This document shows positions 1-11,016 of a DNA stretch of 64,000 nt, one piece after another (the first letter of the stretch is position 1; each line of letters starts with the position of its first letter). The DNA lies in NCBI GenBank assembly GCA_964608075.1, contig CAZSMG010000002.1, forward strand, positions 5,154 to 69,153, given 5' to 3'. Made by a program: the position numbers and the translations under genes. The notes under the pieces were generated by a model. It was not told where the DNA came from, did not search any database, and worked only from the letters and a program-made list of their open reading frames with translations. The stretch comes from an uncultured Clostridium sp. (GTDB taxonomy: Bacteria; Bacillota; Clostridia; TANB77; CAG-508).

Positions 1-8
1 TTAAAAAA

Positions 9-54
9 TTTTTAATAAAATTTTTAATAAAAAAATAATGACTATTTTTATATA
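9..54. repeat. About 46-bp AT-rich direct repeat, copy 1 (copy 2 at 841..886, 5 mismatches)
   Basis: The two copies align by eye: tttttaataaaatttttaataaaaaaataatgactatttttatata vs attctaataaaatttctaataaaaaaataatgacaatttttgtata. Confidence 0.6.
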
Positions 55-840
55 TTATAGTATTAGAATATGTGTATAAAAAGTATGACCTATTATTAAA
101 CTCAATAAATAAATTTAAAAATACATATATAAAATTTCAGCATAAAAAATCTTAGTTTAAATTCAAAAACTAATAAAAATTTTTATAATAAGATAATATA
201 GTAATTTTTTATCTATAACAAATTTTATATGTAGGCTAAAAAACGAAAAGATTTTTTAGAAGTCTTTTATAATAATTTTATTAAAAGAGAAAAAATAAAT
301 ATTAAGATAACTAAAATATTTTTAAAGATAATATTAATAAATTTAATATTATATAAAAAATAATTTAAATATAATTAATAATAATTTTAAATTAATAAAT
401 AAAAAATAATAATAAATAAAATACAAAGAATTAAAAAATAAATTATAAAATTAAATTTAAAAATTAAATATAATTAATATAAAATTATTATAAGAATATT
501 TTAAATATTAATTATAAATTGGAAAAATAATGTGAGACGATTTATAAAAATGATTAACATAAAACAATTAAATTGTAAGTTTATTATTTTAGTAAAACTA
601 AAAAAATTATACTTTTGTTTTTAAAAACAAAGAAAACTCGAGTTGTTAAAATATGATAAAAGAAGTTAAAAACTATTTTAGAAGATTATATAGAAAAGAG
701 TAAAAAATCTATAAAATATTTGTTGAAAATTGCCTAAAAAAATCAAATAAAAACACAAAAAATTTTTTAAAATTTTAATCTATGTAAATATAGAGTTATA
801 TATGGTTAGAGGCAAAAATTATTCTAAAAAATTCTAATAA

Positions 841-886
841 AATTTCTAATAAAAAAATAATGACAATTTTTGTATAACTTAGTATA
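841..886. repeat. About 46-bp AT-rich direct repeat, copy 2
   Basis: See copy 1. Both copies lie in a 1.5-kb ORF-free stretch with very high A+T. Confidence 0.6.
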
Positions 887-1555
887 AAAATATTTATAGA
901 AAAAGTATAGATTTTGATAAAATTATATAGCTAAATTTAAAAATGTATTTATAAGATTTAGGTATAAAAAATTTTGATTTAAAGTGAAGGATGAGTTTAA
1001 GGAAACTTTAAAGTAATATAGTAAAATTTTTTAAAAGGTTAGACAAAAAAAGGTATACATAATATTAAACAAAATAAAGATTTTTAATTAAAGATTAGAA
1101 AATAATTTTTATTTTAGATATAACTTTAAAATAAAAATATGTTATAAGGTCAAAAAAATTTTTAGGTAAAATAATTAATAATAAAATTGATAAATAAAAA
1201 ATTAGCAAAAATAATTTTCCTGAAATTTAATAAATGAAAATGTTAAGATATTAAAAAATAATTTTTAATTATAAAATTTTAATTAAGAAGATTTATAAAA
1301 AGAAATAAAAAAATTATAAGGTAAAACCAAAAACTAATTAAAAAGAATTTAAGAGAAAGTTTATAAGAAATTTGTGAAAGCACTCTGAAAAAAAGTAATA
1401 AAAAAAGTAAGAAAATTTTACAAAAAATCACAAATTTTTTACATAAATAAAACTACTATCATTAGTGGTTTTGCAGAAAAAATACTAATAAAAAATTTAG
1501 CAAAAAAAACAACAAAAATATTTTAAAATTTTATAAAATTATACGAGGAGGAATT

Positions 1556-2284
1556 ATGGAAATAGAAAATAATAATATAGAAAAAAATAATGATATAAAT
1601 ATTCAAAAAAGTTTATCAAATCAAAAGTCTCAAAATTCGTTTTTAAATTCAGCTTTATGGAAGACAATAAATACTGGAATTGATATAGGACTTAGAAGTT
1701 TATTACCAGATTTATTAGAAGATCAAGTGATAAATTTAAAAGATAATTTGTTAAATTATGGTTTTAAGGAGGGTATAAATAAATCAATAAAAGAAGCAAT
1801 AAACTTAGGAAAAAGCGCACTAGGAATAATTACTGGAGATTTTGAAAATATTTCTCAAATGCAAGCTGCAATACAAAATGGTGGTATTTTAGATTCAGTA
1901 GATAATTTATTAAATGTAGCAATAAATAAGACAAGAAATAGTGGAATTATAAGTATTAATACTGCTAATTTAATAAAAAATGGCAAAAATATTATTTTAG
2001 ATAATATAGAAAGAAATATAGAAAAGGAATTTACTAATCAGCTTCAAAGTTTAGAGAATGTAAATGGATATATTGATAATTGGAAAACTTATTATAATAG
2101 TAAGGATTTTTCTAATATGGAGAAAGAGTATAATAAAATAGAAAGAGAATTAAAAAATTTAGTACCAATGGAAAAAACTTTATTAGAAGCTAGAAAAGTA
2201 GAAAATATTCATAATTTAATTAAAAATAATGGTTTGAATTTTGATGTTTCAGAAGATGCAATAGCTTTGGCAGAAAAATTATAA
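1556..2284 (+). CDS. Hypothetical protein, 242 aa, N/K/E-rich, no recognisable motif
   Basis: Long ORF with an AGGAGG Shine-Dalgarno 7 nt upstream of the ATG (1543-1548). The codon usage is typical of this genome. Confidence 0.6.
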   Translation: MEIENNNIEKNNDINIQKSLSNQKSQNSFLNSALWKTINTGIDIGLRSLLPDLLEDQVINLKDNLLNYGFKEGINKSIKEAINLGKSALGIITGDFENISQMQAAIQNGGILDSVDNLLNVAINKTRNSGIISINTANLIKNGKNIILDNIERNIEKEFTNQLQSLENVNGYIDNWKTYYNSKDFSNMEKEYNKIERELKNLVPMEKTLLEARKVENIHNLIKNNGLNFDVSEDAIALAEKL

Positions 2285-2329
2285 AAAATAATATAAATAA
2301 AGTTTTGAGTAGTTTTTAACCGATTTTTC

Positions 2330-2358
2330 TTGCATATTTTTTTTAGGTTTAGTATAAT
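2330..2358 (+). promoter_or_regulatory. Sigma-A type promoter upstream of gyrA
   Basis: TTGCAT at 2330-2335, a 17-nt spacer, then TATAAT at 2353-2358. Confidence 0.5.
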
Positions 2359-2394
2359 ACGAGTGTAAATATTTAAGAAGAAAGAGGTAAAATA

Positions 2395-4842
2395 ATGGAA
2401 CCACAAGATGAAAGAATTATACAAAGAGACATTGAAATGGAAATGAGAACTTCTTACATAGATTATGCAATGAGTGTTATTGTTTCTAGAGCATTGCCAG
2501 ATGTAAGAGATGGACTAAAACCAGTTCATAGAAGAATTTTATATGCAATGCATGAAGATGGAATAACAGCAGATAAACCATATAGAAAATGTGCTAATAC
2601 TGTAGGATCAGTTTTAGGAAGATATCATCCTCATGGAGATAGTTCAGTATATGACGCTATGGTTAGAATGGCACAAGATTTTTCAATGAGATATATGCTA
2701 ATTGATGGTCATGGAAATTTTGGATCAATAGATGGTGATGGCGCTGCTGCTATGAGGTATACAGAAGCTAGAATGTCTAAGATTTCTGAATATATGCTTA
2801 CAGATATTGAGAAGAACACAGTTGATTTTATGCCAAACTATGACGATAGATTACAAGAGCCAACTGTTTTACCAGCAAAAATACCAGCATTATTAGTAAA
2901 TGGATCATCAGGTATTGCTGTAGGTATGGCAACTAATATTCCACCACATAATTTAACAGAAGTTATAAATGGAATTATAAAAATAATTGATGAAGATGAA
3001 GTAACTGATGAAGACTTAATGAGTGTTATAAAGGGACCAGATTTTCCTACAGAAGGAATAATATTAGGTGTTGAAGGAATAAAACAAGCTTATACTACGG
3101 GAAAAGGTAAAATAACTGTTAGAGCCGAAGCTGAAATTGAAGAAATGAGCGGGAACAAACAAAGAATTATTGTTTCTTCTTTACCATATCAAGTTAATAA
3201 AGCAAAATTAATAGAAAATATAGCAAGACTTGTTAGGGAAAAAAGAATTGAAGGAATTTCTGAAGTACGAGATGAATCAGACAGAATTGATAGAGTTAGA
3301 ATAGTTATCGAATTAAAAAGAGATACAAATGCTCAAGTCGTTTTAAATCAATTATACAAAAATACTCAAATGCAAGATACTTTTGGAATTATAATGTTAG
3401 CTTTAGTTAAAGGTGAACCTAAAATATTAACATTAAGACAATGTTTAGATTGTTATATAGACCACAGAAAAGATGTTATATTACGTAGAACAAAATTTGA
3501 ATTAGATAAAGCTTTAGCAAGAGCTCATATTTTAGAAGGATTAAAAATAGCTTTAGATAATATTGATGAAGTAATTAGCATTATTAGATCATCATATGAT
3601 GATCCTAAAGAAAAATTAATTGAAAGATTTAAATTAACAGATATACAAGCACAGGCCATATTAGATATGAGACTAAAAACTTTATCTGGATTGCAAAGAG
3701 AAAAAATTGAAGAAGAATACAATGAATTAATGAAATTAATTGCTTATTTAAAAGAAGTTTTAAGTAGTGAAACATTAGTATTTAATATTATAAAAGAAGA
3801 ACTTATTCAAATAAGAGATAAATTCGGAGACGAAAGAAAGACAAAAATTGTTGCTGCCGAAGGGGAAATTAATATTGAAGACTTAATAGAAGATGAACAA
3901 AATGTAATAACTTTAACCCACTTTGGATATATTAAAAGAATGCCAATAGATACATATAGAAGCCAAAAAAGAGGTGGAAAAGGTATTACAGGAATAGCAA
4001 CAAGAGAAGAAGATTTTGTAAAACAAATATTTACAGCTTCTACACATGATACTGTATTATTTTTTACAAATAAAGGAAAATTATATAGATTAAGAGGATA
4101 TGAGATACCAGAAGCTGGTAGAACAGCTAAAGGAACAGCAATTGTAAATTTATTAAGCCTAGATCCTGGTGAAAAAGTTTCAGCAGTTATACCAATACAG
4201 AATTTTGCTGAAGGAAAATATCTTCTTATGGCTACAAAAAATGGATTAATTAAGAAAACATCACTTGTTGAATATAATTCTGCAAGAAAGACTGGATTAC
4301 AAGGAATTACATTAAAAGATGATGATGAACTTATTTCTGTAAGATTAACAGATGGACAAGATAATGTTGTATTAGTTACAAATAATGGAATGAGTATAAC
4401 ATTTGATGAAAAAGATGTAAGACCTATGGGAAGAGTTTCACAAGGAGTTATAGGAATAAGATTAGATGACGATGATGCAGTAATAGGGATGGAATCAATA
4501 ATAGCTGGTGGAAGAGCAACATTACTTGCAATAACAGAAAATGGATTTGGAAAGAGAACTGAATTAGATGAATATAGAGTGCAAAATAGAGGTGGAAAAG
4601 GAGTAGTAACATATAAAATAACTCCAAAGACAGGGAAACTAGTAGGTATAAGGATAGCAACTGAAGAAGAAGATGTAATGCTTATTACAGATACAGGAAT
4701 TATTATTAGAATTAGTGTTAAAGATGTAAGTGTCTTAGGTAGATCAACTCAAGGAGTTACATTAATGAGAACAAATGATGGAGGAAAAGTAGTAAGTATA
4801 GAAACATTAAGACCAGATATTGAAGATTCAATAGATGAATAA
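2395..4842 (+). CDS. gyrA: DNA gyrase subunit A
   Basis: 815 aa. It has the N-terminal [28 protein letters not shown] motif, the catalytic Tyr in the AAMRYTEAR region, and C-terminal beta-pinwheel repeats. Confidence 0.97.
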   Translation: MEPQDERIIQRDIEMEMRTSYIDYAMSVIVSRALPDVRDGLKPVHRRILYAMHEDGITADKPYRKCANTVGSVLGRYHPHGDSSVYDAMVRMAQDFSMRYMLIDGHGNFGSIDGDGAAAMRYTEARMSKISEYMLTDIEKNTVDFMPNYDDRLQEPTVLPAKIPALLVNGSSGIAVGMATNIPPHNLTEVINGIIKIIDEDEVTDEDLMSVIKGPDFPTEGIILGVEGIKQAYTTGKGKITVRAEAEIEEMSGNKQRIIVSSLPYQVNKAKLIENIARLVREKRIEGISEVRDESDRIDRVRIVIELKRDTNAQVVLNQLYKNTQMQDTFGIIMLALVKGEPKILTLRQCLDCYIDHRKDVILRRTKFELDKALARAHILEGLKIALDNIDEVISIIRSSYDDPKEKLIERFKLTDIQAQAILDMRLKTLSGLQREKIEEEYNELMKLIAYLKEVLSSETLVFNIIKEELIQIRDKFGDERKTKIVAAEGEINIEDLIEDEQNVITLTHFGYIKRMPIDTYRSQKRGGKGITGIATREEDFVKQIFTASTHDTVLFFTNKGKLYRLRGYEIPEAGRTAKGTAIVNLLSLDPGEKVSAVIPIQNFAEGKYLLMATKNGLIKKTSLVEYNSARKTGLQGITLKDDDELISVRLTDGQDNVVLVTNNGMSITFDEKDVRPMGRVSQGVIGIRLDDDDAVIGMESIIAGGRATLLAITENGFGKRTELDEYRVQNRGGKGVVTYKITPKTGKLVGIRIATEEEDVMLITDTGIIIRISVKDVSVLGRSTQGVTLMRTNDGGKVVSIETLRPDIEDSIDE

Positions 4843-4848
4843 AAAAAT

Positions 4849-4885
4849 AAAGATTTCATTTGAAATCTTTATTTTTTGTTTTTAA
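4849..4885. terminator. Bidirectional rho-independent terminator between gyrA and the convergent DnaC-like gene
   Basis: Hairpin aaagatttca-tttg-aaatcttt flanked by T-runs. Confidence 0.5.
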
Positions 4886-5873
4886 ATCTAATATCGTCAC
4901 CAAAAAAATAATAAATATCATAAAAGCCTGCAATTCTTGAACCTATTCTTTCCTCATAATTAGAAAATATATTATTCATACTTAAATTAGTTGAAATTAT
5001 TGTTTTTGTAACTTTAGAATTTAAATTTAATAGTCTTGTATTTAAGATCGTAAATAATTCACTTAATTTCATACTATTTAAACATTCGGTTCCTAAATCA
5101 TCAATAATTAATAAATCAACTTCTAATACATCTTTATAAAAGTCATCTAAAGTATTCTTTGATTTATTCAATTTATTATCAATAATGGTTTCTAATAATA
5201 CTGGCGCTGTTTGATAAAGAACAGTTTTTCCTTTTTTTAGTAACTCATTTGCTATACAATTAGACATAAATGTTTTTCCAAGACCAGTATTTCCTGTAAA
5301 TAATAAATTATTTTGTTCTGGATTATCAAAATTACTTACAAATTTTATACATTTATCTTTTATATTAATCATATTAGTTCTAGGAGATATATTTAATTTA
5401 TATTTTGATATATCAACTTCATTTGAAAATAGATTTTCATTAAAATTATCAAAATTTTCTTTATTTAGATTTGATATATTTGATTTATTATAAGAAATAT
5501 TGAGTAATTTTTGTTTTAAACAACTACAAAGTTCAGTTCTATTATTATTTAATACATACCCAGTATCTTTGCAAATAGAGCATTCATAAATTGGTTTTAG
5601 ATAATTAGAAGATAAAGTGTTTTCTTTTAATATTTTATCTCGTTCCACTTTTAACAATTCTACTTTTTTATATAAATCATTTAAAGAAGAAGCATTATTT
5701 ACAAGTAAATTTTTTGCAGTATTAATTGCAAAATTATTTAATTCATCTTCGATTTCTTTAAGTCTAGGTATAGAAGAATATAATGAGATTTTTCTATCTT
5801 CTAAATCTAGCTCTGCTTTTATTCTTTTTTGATCATATTCTTTTAATAAATTATTTAAAATTTCATTAGACAT
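4869..5873 (-). CDS. DnaC/DnaI/IstB-like AAA+ helicase-loader ATPase with an N-terminal Cys4 zinc-finger-like segment
   Basis: Walker A GNTGLGKT, Walker B LLIIDDLG, and CSICKDTGYV...CSC upstream. It overlaps the upstream DnaD-like gene by 8 nt. Confidence 0.8.
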   Translation of the reverse strand: MSNEILNNLLKEYDQKRIKAELDLEDRKISLYSSIPRLKEIEDELNNFAINTAKNLLVNNASSLNDLYKKVELLKVERDKILKENTLSSNYLKPIYECSICKDTGYVLNNNRTELCSCLKQKLLNISYNKSNISNLNKENFDNFNENLFSNEVDISKYKLNISPRTNMINIKDKCIKFVSNFDNPEQNNLLFTGNTGLGKTFMSNCIANELLKKGKTVLYQTAPVLLETIIDNKLNKSKNTLDDFYKDVLEVDLLIIDDLGTECLNSMKLSELFTILNTRLLNLNSKVTKTIISTNLSMNNIFSNYEERIGSRIAGFYDIYYFFGDDIRFKNKK

Positions 5874-6852
5874 TGGAGTCTCCTTCTAGTTTTTTATTTG
5901 CATATAAAAAGTCTAAATTATCATATTGCCTTTGTTCAAAAGATTCTTTTGATACTTTTTTTGTTAAAGATTTAATATCTTTTGATTGTTTCTTTCTTTC
6001 TTCTAAAAACTTAAGTATATCATTTGGATTTTTTAATTTTCTATCATGCCAATCAGTTATAACATTGTTTAAATATTCAAAGTTTGCATTTGATTTATAA
6101 GTAGTTCTCTTTAGTGCGATTTCAATAACATCAAATTCATATCCAAAATCAAATACCCATTTTTCTATATAAGCTTCTTCGTATTGAGTTAGACCATCAT
6201 ATTTACCAAGTTTTTTACAGATTATTTTTTTAATTTTATTTATCTTTTCTTGTTTTTGGTAATATAAATCTAAATCATTCCATGTTTGAATTTTATTTAA
6301 TCCCCAAGCTTCTGCAACTGTTTGAACGTAATTTTTATGAAGAGCAGATCTATTAAAACAATATTCAAATAATGCAATCATTACTTGCTCATCAAAGTTA
6401 TATTTTCTAAACCATAAATCAATATCATTATACCAAGATGGTCCCATAATTCCTTGGAAATATTTATTATTTATATGTTCAATTGCTTTTGCTCTTGATT
6501 GATTTTTTGAATTCTCTTTAATTTTTTCTGCAGACATAGTTAAATTAGGTTTATATAATTTATGAAGAATTTCTTCTTGTAAATCAACGATAACATAGCC
6601 AGTTGTTTTCTTAATTATAAAATTGTTTTCTTCTAAAAATTTTAACCCATCATTAATCGTTTTTAATGGAAGCGAAAGCTTTTTAGATAAATCATTTAAT
6701 TTAACATCTTTGTTATATTTTGATAAAAATACAATATATAAATATATTTTTATATAATCACCTGGCAATTGTGATAAGTGTTCAGCAAAAAAAACATCAG
6801 GTAAAGACGTATTTGAAAATAATAATGGTTTTTCTGATTGTTCTAACTTCAT
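5866..6852 (-). CDS. DnaD/DnaB_2-domain replication initiation / membrane-attachment-like protein
   Basis: The C-terminal DnaD-type domain (YEEAYIEKWVFDFGY...VITDWHDRKL) is recognisable. The start was moved to the second ATG (MKLEQ), which has an AGGAGA RBS 6 nt upstream. The track ORF begins at 6891. Confidence 0.7.
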   Translation of the reverse strand: MKLEQSEKPLLFSNTSLPDVFFAEHLSQLPGDYIKIYLYIVFLSKYNKDVKLNDLSKKLSLPLKTINDGLKFLEENNFIIKKTTGYVIVDLQEEILHKLYKPNLTMSAEKIKENSKNQSRAKAIEHINNKYFQGIMGPSWYNDIDLWFRKYNFDEQVMIALFEYCFNRSALHKNYVQTVAEAWGLNKIQTWNDLDLYYQKQEKINKIKKIICKKLGKYDGLTQYEEAYIEKWVFDFGYEFDVIEIALKRTTYKSNANFEYLNNVITDWHDRKLKNPNDILKFLEERKKQSKDIKSLTKKVSKESFEQRQYDNLDFLYANKKLEGDSNV

Positions 6853-6998
6853 AAACATTCTCCTAAAACAAAATAAGTAAGATAAAATCAAACTTTGTAA
6901 AATTATATCATGTTATATATATAAAATCAAATTAAAAATAGATAAGTTTTAAAGAGAAAAGAATATAAAAACAATAGGAAAATTAATGTTTTTAAAAT

Positions 6999-7283
6999 TT
7001 AATCTTTTCTAAAAAAATAAATTTTCTGTTTAAAAATATATTTAAAAACGTATATAAAAAAATATGTTATATTTTCACCATTAAAGCCTAATATACTAAA
7101 TAGTAATAATGGAAGAGAAAGAGATATAAAAATAAAAATTTTTAAACTTAAATCCTTAAAAAATATATGTAATATTGTCAATATCAGCCCTGACCATATA
7201 ACATTTAATATAGCTGTTGAATAGTCAATAAAGCCTAATATTTTACTACTGAAATTGTAATTTTGTGGAAATATAAATTTCAA
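6999..7283 (-). CDS. Small polytopic membrane protein (94 aa)
   Basis: Hydrophobic segments throughout. Co-directional with the coupling-protein cluster. Confidence 0.45.
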   Translation of the reverse strand: MKFIFPQNYNFSSKILGFIDYSTAILNVIWSGLILTILHIFFKDLSLKIFIFISLSLPLLLFSILGFNGENITYFFIYVFKYIFKQKIYFFRKD

Positions 7284-7300
7284 GATATCCTCCTTTTAAA

Positions 7301-8179
7301 TTATTTTTTAAAGAAGCTATTCACATTTAGCGAAAAATCTGTGGATGGACCTCCTATAAAATCTCTTACAAAAGAATTTACTTTTATTAATGCATAAATT
7401 GCGCCTAAAAATATAAATTTTAATACAAGCTTAGCGGATGAAAAATCCATTGAAAATAGAATTAATAAAATAATAGATACTAATATTTGAATAAAAAATA
7501 ATGAAAAAAAGTTTCTAAGCCAAGCTTTAAAAAACCATGAAGTATTTTCTAAGCATAATGAAAGAAAAGCAAAGGGCGTTAGTAATATAAATATTTTAAC
7601 CATTATGTATCTAAGTGCATAAGAAAAAACTAAATTAAGTAAAGAAATTGTAAGAGCTCCTTTAATTAAGCCATCAATAGAAAATATATTTATAGTGTTA
7701 GAATTAATTGTTATTGAATTATTTATTTTATTTATTAAATTAGAAAAACATATTTCTGTATTAAAAAGATTTTCACCTAACTCTCTAATTGCTAAAGAAA
7801 TATTAGAGAGTAAAAATATTGAGCGTTCAACAATAATTCCTGATAAATTCATGCATAAACCAAAAATTATTAATTTAAAAATAAATTGTTTGGGAGATTC
7901 TATAGGAGAATATGTTAAACTAGAAAATAGAAACTTTGCAGCAAAATATAAGATAAAACCAACTAATAGAGAATTTGCAATTAATAATAAACCATTTGAA
8001 GAAGAACTTCCAAATATTTTATCAAAATATGGATCATCAAGAATATTAGTATTTATAAAAGTTATATCATCTAAAATTGAATATAAACTATTATCTATTG
8101 ACGAAAATAGATTTTCAAAAATTGTATTTATTGTATTAATTATTGTATCAGTAATATTTGTATTTAACGTTTCTTCCAA
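7301..8179 (-). CDS. Polytopic membrane protein (292 aa), VirB6/TrbL-like topology (tentative)
   Basis: Five or more predicted TM segments. Its position downstream of the coupling protein suggests a conjugation channel component. No diagnostic motif seen. Confidence 0.4.
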   Translation of the reverse strand: MEETLNTNITDTIINTINTIFENLFSSIDNSLYSILDDITFINTNILDDPYFDKIFGSSSSNGLLLIANSLLVGFILYFAAKFLFSSLTYSPIESPKQFIFKLIIFGLCMNLSGIIVERSIFLLSNISLAIRELGENLFNTEICFSNLINKINNSITINSNTINIFSIDGLIKGALTISLLNLVFSYALRYIMVKIFILLTPFAFLSLCLENTSWFFKAWLRNFFSLFFIQILVSIILLILFSMDFSSAKLVLKFIFLGAIYALIKVNSFVRDFIGGPSTDFSLNVNSFFKK

Positions 8180-8190
8180 TAATGCACCAC

Positions 8191-8523
8191 CTATCCAATT
8201 AATGATTCAATTGCAGATAAAATTAAGTCAATTGCTAAAATAAAAGCATATGCAAAAAGAGAATTTTTGACAAGCTTTTTTCCTGTCCTAATTCTTTCTT
8301 CATCTCCAAAACTAAATTTTTGCATAAACATTCCAGTAGCAACTGCCACTGCAGCAGCAGGTGTTGCGATTTTTAGAAGCCAACTTTTAATTTCTTTGAA
8401 AGCTTTTGTTATTGTTTTTACAAGTGCAGGTTCTCTAGCATATGTATAAGTAGATAAAGATAAAAATAATATAATTGAAAATATTAAAATAAAAATAATA
8501 TAAAAAATTTTTTTGTTTTTCAT
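8191..8523 (-). CDS. Secreted/membrane small protein (110 aa), VirB2/TrbC-like topology (tentative)
   Basis: N-terminal signal peptide ending in YA-R, followed by two hydrophobic helices (IATPAAAVAVATG and LFAYAFILAIDLILSAI). Confidence 0.4.
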   Translation of the reverse strand: MKNKKIFYIIFILIFSIILFLSLSTYTYAREPALVKTITKAFKEIKSWLLKIATPAAAVAVATGMFMQKFSFGDEERIRTGKKLVKNSLFAYAFILAIDLILSAIESLIG

Positions 8524-8558
8524 AAGTACTTCCTTTCTTGATTATAATTATAAAATAA

Positions 8559-10266
8559 TTAAGTTTTATTTAAAAAATATGGATACATATTTATTTTTTT
8601 AGGTGGTAATATTTTATTTCCATCAGACAAAAAGCAAATAGAAGAAAATGTTTCTAAATCTTGTGTAAAGAATTTAGTATCATATTTAAAATCTGTTTGT
8701 AAATATGAATTTATACTTTCTGATATATTAGAATTTTTTGAATTTAAAGTATTTGTTATATAACTAAACTTAGTTTCTCTGGCATTTTCCGAAATTGTAT
8801 AAGAAGTTTTTTTCTTTTCTTCTTTACCTAATTGTTTTTGTGCCTCTTCTATTGTGAAGATATCATCTGTTCTAAACCAAATTTTATTTATTAAATTTTG
8901 GCATATAACTTTAACTGATGTTTCATCTTTCAAAGTATTTTTTAATGATGAATAACTTTGTGTACTAATAATATTTATACATTTTGCTTCTCTACTTAAT
9001 GAGAAAAATTCACAATCATTTTTAGTTACATATTCAGAATATTCATCACATATAAAAGCAGATGGTTTAACATTATCAATTGATAAGTTATACATTATTT
9101 CAGATTGAAAATCTAATTTTAAATATGCTGCTACAATTTTTGATAAGTTACGATATTCTGCAATGTTCATTTTTAGTACCACAATTTTTCCTTGACTTAT
9201 AATTTCTGAAAAACCTAATAAATTAATGTCATTTTTTTTAGGACAAAAAGTATTTAATACTTCATAATCAGAAATAAAAGTGTTTGTAATTCTTGTAATT
9301 TCAGATTTTAAAATAGCTAGAGTTCTAGAGTCTAATGAAAAGTATTCTTTTTCAAAAAAATCTAATGAACTATTTAATTCATAAATATCTTTTTGAGATA
9401 ATTTAGAAGAAGTAAATAATTCTCTTAACTTTTCAATTTTTTCTTTATAATAATTAGGATAAGTAATTAGTTTATGAATTTCTAAGAAAGTAACATATCC
9501 ATCGTTATAAAGTCTGCAAAGCTTTATGCATTCTGTAATTATTTGTTCAGCTTTATCTAGCCAATATGATTCAGAGTTATTTTCAGAAAAAAGTGTTAAG
9601 ATTGTTTTTAATCTATTACTTAAAATTGCAGGATTTAGATTTGGTTTATGAAGTGGATTATATTTTATATTTGAATTTAGCTCAATTGTAATTAAGTCAT
9701 TTTGCATATTATATTTTTCTAAATAATTGTAAACTTGATTATAATAATTACCTTTAACATCAAGAATTAACATACTAATTTTTTTATTTGGATTTAAAAA
9801 GTTATATTTTATTAATTGCTCTGTAAGTGGATACATTGCAGAACTTGTCTTCCCAGATCCTATAGTTCCTGTTATTAAAAAATTCTGATATAGACCTAAT
9901 TCAGAAACATAGATGTCTTTATTCTCATTATCATCATGACCAATTAATAGGCTTAAACCATCTTCATTATTTAAATTTTGCTGTTTTTCTTTATGATTTT
10001 TTTTAAAAGAATTTTCTTTTTTAAAAATTTTTGAGTATATAGAGTTCGAAATAATAATGTTTGAAAAAATAAAACATGGAATATATATGATCTTAAGATA
10101 TAACCACAGATCGGGATCTTTTTGACATATATCAAATGGTTTTATACCATATCTAATAATTATTGTATCTGAAATATATAATGGATAAAGGAAATAATAA
10201 AATATAATACTTAGAATACTTAAAAAAATGATGCAAAATATGAAACGTCTTAATAAAAATTTAATA
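8559..10266 (-). CDS. VirD4/TraG-family type IV coupling protein (T4CP); the N-terminal TM domain and Walker A lie in-frame upstream of the annotated ATG with no canonical start codon
   Basis: The track ORF is 8559..9836 (MYPLTEQ...). The same frame continues upstream with no stop as ...FIFCIIFLSILSIIFYYFLYPLYI...IIYIPCFIFSNIIIS...LITGTIGSGKTSSA-MYPL. These are two TM helices plus a GSGKT Walker A. Walker B-like FICDEYSEY and the T4CP motif IISTQSYSSL lie downstream. AGGAGG is at about 10275-10280. The only plausible initiator is ATT at about 10264-10266. A stop is at about 10303-10305. Confidence 0.6.
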
Positions 10267-10539
10267 AAAAAGACCTCCTTATATATTTTTGTTTTTAATT
10301 TTTAATTTTGAACCTTGAAGATTATGAAATATTTTAATATCAAAAAAAGTATAAATTGAATACAAAGTTATAAAAAGATTAATAATAAAAGAAATAAAAA
10401 ATAAATTGATTAAATTTGAAATAAACTCACCACCTTACAATTTTTTCCATAATACAATATTTTTTTTATTTTGTCTATACTTTTTATATAAAATATGGTA
10501 AAATATTTAAATAGAGTTTATTAAGAAAGGAGGAAAACC

Positions 10540-10725
10540 ATGAAGATAACTAAGGATACAAAGATTGGTGAAATTTTAGAAATAGCTCCAGAAAAAGCTG
10601 AAATATTATTAGAAATAGGAATGCATTGTCTAGGATGCCCAGCATCTCAAATGGAAACATTAGAAGAAGCATGTGAGGTACATGGAATAAATGTTGAAGA
10701 AGTTGTAGAAAAACTTAATAACTAA
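10540..10725 (+). CDS. DUF1858-type small redox protein (hybrid-cluster-protein-associated disulfide domain)
   Basis: 61 aa with a CLGCP motif. GGAGG RBS. Confidence 0.6.
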   Translation: MKITKDTKIGEILEIAPEKAEILLEIGMHCLGCPASQMETLEEACEVHGINVEEVVEKLNN

Positions 10726-10753
10726 TAAAAATGATAAATTTTTAACAAAGATA

Positions 10754-10782
10754 TTGACAATTGCGTAAAAATATTGTAATAT
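10754..10782 (+). promoter_or_regulatory. Sigma-A promoter for the tRNA Lys-Glu-Thr operon
   Basis: TTGACA, a 17-nt spacer, then TAATAT. Confidence 0.5.
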
Positions 10783-10814
10783 ATAAAAGTGTTGTGGATT
10801 TTCTGCAATAATTT

Positions 10815-10890
10815 GGGCTATTAGCTCAGGTGGTAGAGCACTTGACTTTTAATCAAGTTGTCCCGCGTTCGAGTCGCGGATAGCTCACCA
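10815..10890 (+). tRNA. tRNA-Lys (anticodon TTT)
   Basis: Cloverleaf read by eye. Acceptor gggctat/atagctc, anticodon loop cTTTTaa, encoded CCA. Confidence 0.85.
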
Positions 10891-10938
10891 AAAGAACTAA
10901 ATAATTGAAACACATTATTTAGTTCTTTAAAATTATAA

Positions 10939-11013
10939 GGCCCGTTGGTCAAGCGGTTAAGACATCGCCCTTTCACGGCGGAGACATGGGTTCGATTCCC
11001 GTACGGGTCACCA
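10939..11013 (+). tRNA. tRNA-Glu (anticodon TTC)
   Basis: Acceptor ggcccgt/acgggtc, anticodon loop cTTTCac, encoded CCA. Confidence 0.85.
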
Positions 11014-11016
11014 ATT

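Noticed and set aside
1-1555. Possible chromosomal origin (oriC) next to gyrA
   Set aside because: No DnaA-box (TTATCCACA or its complement) clusters were found by eye, and there is no dnaA or dnaN nearby. Extreme AT-richness alone is insufficient.
7695-8243. 182-aa plus-strand ORF
   Set aside because: It is antisense to the VirB6-like membrane protein gene and to the start of the VirB2-like gene. It is an AT-rich frame artefact with no RBS.
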